DNA of 64,000 nucleotides from Minisyncoccota bacterium (GTDB lineage: Bacteria; Patescibacteriota; Minisyncoccia; Phycocordibacterales; PALSA-1337): contig JBAYFZ010000001.1 in the NCBI GenBank assembly GCA_041666915.1, forward strand, positions 354,508-418,507, written 5' to 3'. Below, piece by piece: positions 59,222 to 64,000 of this stretch. A model generated the notes under the pieces. It was not told where the DNA came from. It ran no database searches and was given only the letters and a program-made list of their open reading frames with translations. Position 1 is the first letter of the stretch, and every line of letters begins with the position of its first letter. The translations under genes and the position numbers were made by a program.

Positions 59222-59272
59222 AATTTATCGCCAGTATTCATGGATTCCCGCCTTCGCGGGAATGACACAAAA
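59176..59272. repeat. MITE/REP-like palindromic element copy 5
   Basis: Intact termini; the core CCAGGATGTAACCAATAAAATTTATCGCCAGTATTCATGGATTCC is nearly identical to copy 6. Confidence 0.85.
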
Positions 59273-59286
59273 AACAAAACAACATT

Positions 59287-60072
59287 ATGCCTCTAAACTT
59301 ATCAACAACTTCAAAGATCACTTGGTGCCCGGGTTGTCCAAACTCACAGATTTTAGTTGCTTACAGACAGGCTATAGAAAGTTTGGTCAATTCTGGTTCA
59401 CTCAAAATAGAAAACTTGGTAGCTTGTGCAGGTATCGGTTGCCACGGCAAGATTTCTAATTATTTAAACGTAAATAGCTTCACCGCTCTACACGGTAGAG
59501 TCATTCCAGCCATGACCGGTATCAAATGTGCCAATCCGAATCTAACCGTTATAGGTATGAGTGGAGACGGTGATTCATATTCAGAAGGTTTAGAACATCT
59601 CATCCACGCTGCAAGGCGCAATTCTGATATAAAAATATTTATTCACGATAACCAAGTCTTTGCCCTCACCACTGGTCAAACTTCTGCTATGAGTCCAAAA
59701 GGTTTCAAGAGTAAAACTACCCCTTACGGTAGTATTGATGAACCATTTGAACCTTTCTCTGTATTACTTTCAGCTGGTGCTTCATTCGTAGCCAGAACAT
59801 ATGCCGGAGATATTGCTGGTACAAAGAAAATCGTTGAAGAAGCTATCAAACACAAAGGTTTTTCTTTCGTTGAAATCATCCAACCTTGTATTACCTTCTT
59901 TGACACAAGAGATTACTTCAAAGAAAGGGTCTTCTTGCGCGAAGGCGGTCCTGCCGACAATATTGATACGGCGATCAAGCTTTCTAGAAAAGAAGGAGAG
60001 CGGGTACCACTGGGCATCTTCTATAACGTGGAAAGACCAACGTTTGAGGAGCAACTACTTGGGAATTTCTAA
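59287..60072 (+). CDS. 2-oxoacid:ferredoxin oxidoreductase beta subunit (TPP-binding)
   Basis: WCPGCPNS, IGCHGKI and GDGDSYSEG motifs. Confidence 0.85.
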   Translation: MPLNLSTTSKITWCPGCPNSQILVAYRQAIESLVNSGSLKIENLVACAGIGCHGKISNYLNVNSFTALHGRVIPAMTGIKCANPNLTVIGMSGDGDSYSEGLEHLIHAARRNSDIKIFIHDNQVFALTTGQTSAMSPKGFKSKTTPYGSIDEPFEPFSVLLSAGASFVARTYAGDIAGTKKIVEEAIKHKGFSFVEIIQPCITFFDTRDYFKERVFLREGGPADNIDTAIKLSRKEGERVPLGIFYNVERPTFEEQLLGNF

Positions 60073-60109
60073 TTTTTAATTCCTAATTTCTAAATAATTT
60101 CCAAATTCC

Positions 60110-60290
60110 AATGACTGAATTCCTTAAGATATATAAGTCTTCATCAGAAATTAGTCTTTGTGTCATTCCCGCGAAGGCGGGAATCCAGGATGTAACCAAT
60201 AAAATTTGTCGCCAGTATTCATGGATTCCCGCCTTCGCGGGAATGACAACACAAGAAATTAAAAATTAGTAATTAGAAATTCTCCTAACT
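60110..60290. repeat. MITE/REP-like palindromic element copy 6 with extended AT-rich flanks
   Basis: Intact termini at 60160-60250. The flanks (AATTTTTAATTCCTAATTTC... / ...AAATTAAAAATTAGTAATTAGAAATT) mirror the flanks of copies 2 and 4. Confidence 0.8.
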
Positions 60291-60293
60291 ATC

Positions 60294-62399
60294 ATGCAAC
60301 TAAATAACCTATTCAACCCTCGTTCTGTCGCTGTCATCGGAGCATCATCTGACAAGAATAAAGTAGGTTATGCATTGATGTCCAATTTACTTTACGAAGG
60401 TGCAGAAGAAAAACCTGCTTCCAAATTTGCCAACATAATCAAATCCCTTACATCCAATAAAAAGAGGGTTATATACCCTATAAGTATTTCTGAAAAAGAA
60501 ATTCTCGGATTAAAGACTTACAATTCCATAAAAGAAATTCCTGCCGAAATAGACTTAGCAGTTATAGCTGTACGCTCTGACGTAGTACCTTCTATATTAG
60601 AGGAATGCGCCTCAAAAAATATAAAAACTGTCATTATCATCTCAGCAGGATTCAAGGAGATTGGACATGAGGGTCTTGAAATTGAAAAGAAAGTTGCAGA
60701 AATAGCCAAGAAAAATGGTATCACTATGCTCGGTCCAAACTGTCTTGGGGTTATAGACGTCCACACAAACATGAATGCTTCGTTTGCTTCCAGTCATCCC
60801 AAAAAGGGCAATATCGCTTTCCTGTCGCAATCTGGAGCTCTAGGGACGGCCGTACTGGACAAAGCTCTAGCCGAAGGTATCGGTTTCTCCAAATTCATCA
60901 GTCTTGGCAATGAAGCCGTTCTGACCGAGATTGAATTCATGGAATTTCTACGTGACGACGAAGATACCTCGGCCATCTTGATGTACGTTGAACAATTGAC
61001 CAACGGTCATAGATTCATGGAATTGGCAGAAGAAATAACAAAAAAGAAACCTATCATTCTCATAAAAGCTGGCAAAGGAGAACGTGGTCAACAAGCTGTC
61101 ATGTCTCATACTGGCTCATTGGCTCCAGAAGATGCCGTCTTCTCTGCCGCTTGCAAACAATCTGGTATCATCGTCGTCCAATCAATCCGAGAATTCTTCA
61201 ATATGGCAAAACTTTTGGAACTCAAAATATTCAAGCCTCTCCAAAAAATGATTGTCCTTACCAACGCTGGCGGTCCAGCCGTTGTTGCCTCAGATCTCAT
61301 AGAATCATCTCATTCATTGTCTTTGATAGAATTCTCCGAAGAAACAATAGGTAAACTCAAAAAATCTTTGCCACCTATGGCGGCTTTCAATAATCCCGTA
61401 GACATCATCGGTGATGCCCTAAGTAGTAGATACGAAATTGCTTTGAAAATTCTAATAGAAGAAAGAGAAGCTGACGCTATCATTGTCATAGTCACACCAC
61501 AAATGATGACTGAAGCAGAAAAAACCGCTGAGCTCATCGTTAAATACAATGCACAGAAAACTATTATTCCCGTATTCATCGGCGGAGCAAACCTAGATGC
61601 TGGTCTAAAAATTCTACAAGAAAACAATCTGGTTAACTTCACTTTTCCAAAAGATGCTGTTGAAGCACTAGATGATATGGCTTGTAATGCTTTGAAAATA
61701 GAGAGACCGAAGGTCGCAAGGAAGCTGGGAGCTGGGAGCTTGGAGATAGAGAAGATGATGTCTTTTGGTGATACTAGGAAATTATTCAGTGAATTTGATT
61801 TGTCTATATCTGGAATTTTTATCAAAGAAAAAAGTGAATTAAAAGATACGATAAATAAATTGGGTGGTGATAGATTCATCTTAAAAACAATGTCACCAGA
61901 CGTTGTTCATAAAACCGAAATGGGTGCGGTTAAATTGAATATAAAATCATTTGAGGAAGCCGAAAAAGCTTGGGATGAGATGTTGGTAAGTATCAAAGAC
62001 AAAAAACCAGACGCGGTCATAGACGGTGTGTTGGTACAAAAAAAGGCTTTGGGGAAAGAGATTATTATTGGTATGAAAAAAGATCCAATTTTTGGTCCAA
62101 CCGTACTTTTTGGTTTGGGTGGAATATTCACCGAAGCTCTAAAAGATACTTCTATACGTATAGCACCTATTTCAAAAGAAGTTGCTCAAAAAATGATCCA
62201 TGAAATACACGGCATCAATATTCTAACAGGACTTCGCGGTGAAAAACCTATTGATTTTGAAAGTATTGCCGATGTTATCGTCAAAATATCAAAACTAGCT
62301 ATGGAACATCCAGAGATAATAGAAATAGATCTAAACCCAGTCATGGTTCGTTCCAATGAAGCTGAAATCGTTGACGCAAGAGTTATGGTGAATAACTAA
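60294..62399 (+). CDS. acetyl-CoA synthetase (ADP-forming), fused alpha-beta
   Basis: CoA-binding N-terminus (RSVAVIGAS..KVGY), succinyl-CoA-synthetase-like flavodoxin domain, C-terminal ATP-grasp. Confidence 0.85.
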   Translation: MQLNNLFNPRSVAVIGASSDKNKVGYALMSNLLYEGAEEKPASKFANIIKSLTSNKKRVIYPISISEKEILGLKTYNSIKEIPAEIDLAVIAVRSDVVPSILEECASKNIKTVIIISAGFKEIGHEGLEIEKKVAEIAKKNGITMLGPNCLGVIDVHTNMNASFASSHPKKGNIAFLSQSGALGTAVLDKALAEGIGFSKFISLGNEAVLTEIEFMEFLRDDEDTSAILMYVEQLTNGHRFMELAEEITKKKPIILIKAGKGERGQQAVMSHTGSLAPEDAVFSAACKQSGIIVVQSIREFFNMAKLLELKIFKPLQKMIVLTNAGGPAVVASDLIESSHSLSLIEFSEETIGKLKKSLPPMAAFNNPVDIIGDALSSRYEIALKILIEEREADAIIVIVTPQMMTEAEKTAELIVKYNAQKTIIPVFIGGANLDAGLKILQENNLVNFTFPKDAVEALDDMACNALKIERPKVARKLGAGSLEIEKMMSFGDTRKLFSEFDLSISGIFIKEKSELKDTINKLGGDRFILKTMSPDVVHKTEMGAVKLNIKSFEEAEKAWDEMLVSIKDKKPDAVIDGVLVQKKALGKEIIIGMKKDPIFGPTVLFGLGGIFTEALKDTSIRIAPISKEVAQKMIHEIHGINILTGLRGEKPIDFESIADVIVKISKLAMEHPEIIEIDLNPVMVRSNEAEIVDARVMVNN

Positions 62400-62432
62400 A
62401 ATTTCCGGAGGTGTAACCTCCGTAAAATTGAA

Positions 62433-64000
62433 TTACCTCTCCCCTCCAGAAGAACTGGTTACATTGAGTTTGACTAAGGAAGTTTGTATATCGTTGTTCC
62501 CATTATCTGCATAAGTACAGGTGATTTTGAAATCAAATGTTCCAACGATAGGAGTGTTCATTCCTGAGATATCACCATTTGAACTAAGGTCGCTAAAGCT
62601 CTTACCTCCAAAATCATCCCAATTGGAACCATTAACAGAAGGTATTGAAGCTACACACTTATAACCTTTACTTGTATCAGCATCAAACTTTGGATCTAAT
62701 GTGTTTTTCCATTTCAAACCAAATGGATAACCCTTCTTTACTGTAAATGATGTTTTGTCAGCATTAGGACCTGTGGTACCTATTTTGAGAGAAAAAACTG
62801 ACGGAGGTATTATGACCCCAACTTCTACACTAGTCTCTTTTTTCGCCACTGGGTTTCCGCACTTTATTGAGAATGTTGTTGTTGATAGTAGTGCGTTAGA
62901 ATCAACCGAACCGCTTACAGCCGTATATACCGCAGGCCATGGATAAGTGGTCAAACACGATGTAGTGTTTTCTGATGACCATGTAAGCTTTGTTTTATTC
63001 CCCGGAGTAGTTCCTAATGTGACTTTAGTTGGATTAGCTGATAGACTAACGCTGATATCGCTACCATAAGCATAGATAGTTACCGTAGCTGGTGCACTTG
63101 TTCCACCCGGACCAACACAGGTCATACTATATGTAGTCTCTTCATTAGTTAAATCACCAACATCTACATTGCCAGATATACTCAAACCAGTCTTTGTCGT
63201 ATTTGGCCAGGCAGTAGCTTCGCAAGAAGTAGGCAAAGATACATCTTTATTCATGACTAACCAAGTCAATTGCAGAGGAAGGCTTCTCTTGAAACTATCC
63301 TTCAGAACATAAAGATCGTTGGCTGTTAGGGAGACTTCTGGAACGGGTGGAAGTGGTGGATCGCTTAAATTAATAGTATACGTCCCCCAATCAACTGAAG
63401 GCATATCATGTTCATCGTAGGCCATAACCTTAAATGAATGATTTCCGGTCGCTACATTCGTTGACCATGCTTTTGTACCCCAAAGAGTCGTGCCAGAATT
63501 TGTATTACCTGAGCTTGGTAATATCTGATCCACATTACCGTCACTATCCCAATCAATTTTATATCTAACCTGATCTCCGTCAGGATCCGTAGAAGAAGCA
63601 AAGAAGGTATATGTAATTCCTTTAAAACCTGTTGTTGGACCTACTATAGTAGGGATCGTAGGGGGGTTGTTGGTTACTGGAGCTGAACCAACATCCAACA
63701 TATATCTAACCGTTACACTAGGAACCTCTAAGACATACGGGGTTTTTACAAAAGAACCACCAAACGATAATGGAATATTATTCCCATAGCAGCCTTTATT
63801 GTAAGATCCACCACCATTTCTAAAATCATAATAACGATAATAGAACTTACCTATTGTTGAACCGAAATTAAATTTTATATCAAGTCCACCGGCATAACTT
63901 ACACCATAATTAGGCCAACCATAGCCATATGGTTCACCCCAAGTTCCCCATACTCCACCAGTACCAACATTGCCATTAGTTATCGTGTAATCTGCATAAT
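62433..64000 (-). CDS. large secreted repeat-domain (PKD/Ig-like) surface protein, N-terminal part beyond window end
   Basis: Thr/Ser-rich repeated beta-domain sequence (DPDGDQVRYKIDWDSDGNVDQ). Coding-like composition continues to the window edge upstream of the annotated Met. Confidence 0.5.
   Translation of the reverse strand, partial: YADYTITNGNVGTGGVWGTWGEPYGYGWPNYGVSYAGGLDIKFNFGSTIGKFYYRYYDFRNGGGSYNKGCYGNNIPLSFGGSFVKTPYVLEVPSVTVRYMLDVGSAPVTNNPPTIPTIVGPTTGFKGITYTFFASSTDPDGDQVRYKIDWDSDGNVDQILPSSGNTNSGTTLWGTKAWSTNVATGNHSFKVMAYDEHDMPSVDWGTYTINLSDPPLPPVPEVSLTANDLYVLKDSFKRSLPLQLTWLVMNKDVSLPTSCEATAWPNTTKTGLSISGNVDVGDLTNEETTYSMTCVGPGGTSAPATVTIYAYGSDISVSLSANPTKVTLGTTPGNKTKLTWSSENTTSCLTTYPWPAVYTAVSGSVDSNALLSTTTFSIKCGNPVAKKETSVEVGVIIPPSVFSLKIGTTGPNADKTSFTVKKGYPFGLKWKNTLDPKFDADTSKGYKCVASIPSVNGSNWDDFGGKSFSDLSSNGDISGMNTPIVGTFDFKITCTYADNGNNDIQTSLVKLNVTSSSGGER

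Noticed and set aside
1-64000. CRISPR arrays
   Set aside because: There is no run of regularly spaced 25-40 bp direct repeats. The recurring repeats are interspersed palindromic elements separated by kilobases of genes.

Overview
This window reads as a low-GC, gene-dense bacterial chromosome segment; the short genes, degenerate PriA and fermentative gene set are consistent with a small-genome Patescibacteria/CPR-like organism, which is an inference. Housekeeping genes occupy 1-11.9 kb and 36-64 kb (proS partial, rseP, frr, holB, mreB, murA, priA, def, fmt, hpf; a copper-efflux locus csoR-copA-HMA permease-cupredoxin; sortase plus an LPXTG substrate; a two-component pair; a minimal [NiFe] hydrogenase with its maturation protease; 2-oxoacid:ferredoxin oxidoreductase alpha/beta; ADP-forming acetyl-CoA synthetase). 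The region from about 12 to 35 kb looks accessory or mobile. It begins with a tRNA-Asn(GUU) interrupted by a 248-nt group I intron showing recognisable P/Q/R/S core elements. The 3' exon of that tRNA is overlapped by a large serine recombinase gene, and a second tRNA-Arg(UCU)/serine recombinase/ParB-like module follows. Next come nine same-strand genes of unknown function, a SIR2-HerA antiphage pair next to a PD-(D/E)xK nuclease, an orphan terminase small subunit, an AbiEi/AbiEii module, and a small-protein/retropepsin-like protease pair. At least four repeat families are present. One is a ~100-130 bp palindromic MITE/REP-like element with GTCATTCCCGCGAAGGCGGGAATCCAGGAT termini, in 6 copies wedged between operon partners. 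One is a ~90-bp repeat found in 3 copies after terminators. One is a CCCCCTAGGGGG-centred palindrome family at the 3' ends of genes. The last is a reused terminator hairpin module. Three ORF-free, GC-elevated units of 350-560 nt, each with a promoter and a terminator, are candidate structured ncRNAs of unknown class. No CRISPR array and no rRNA gene is present.
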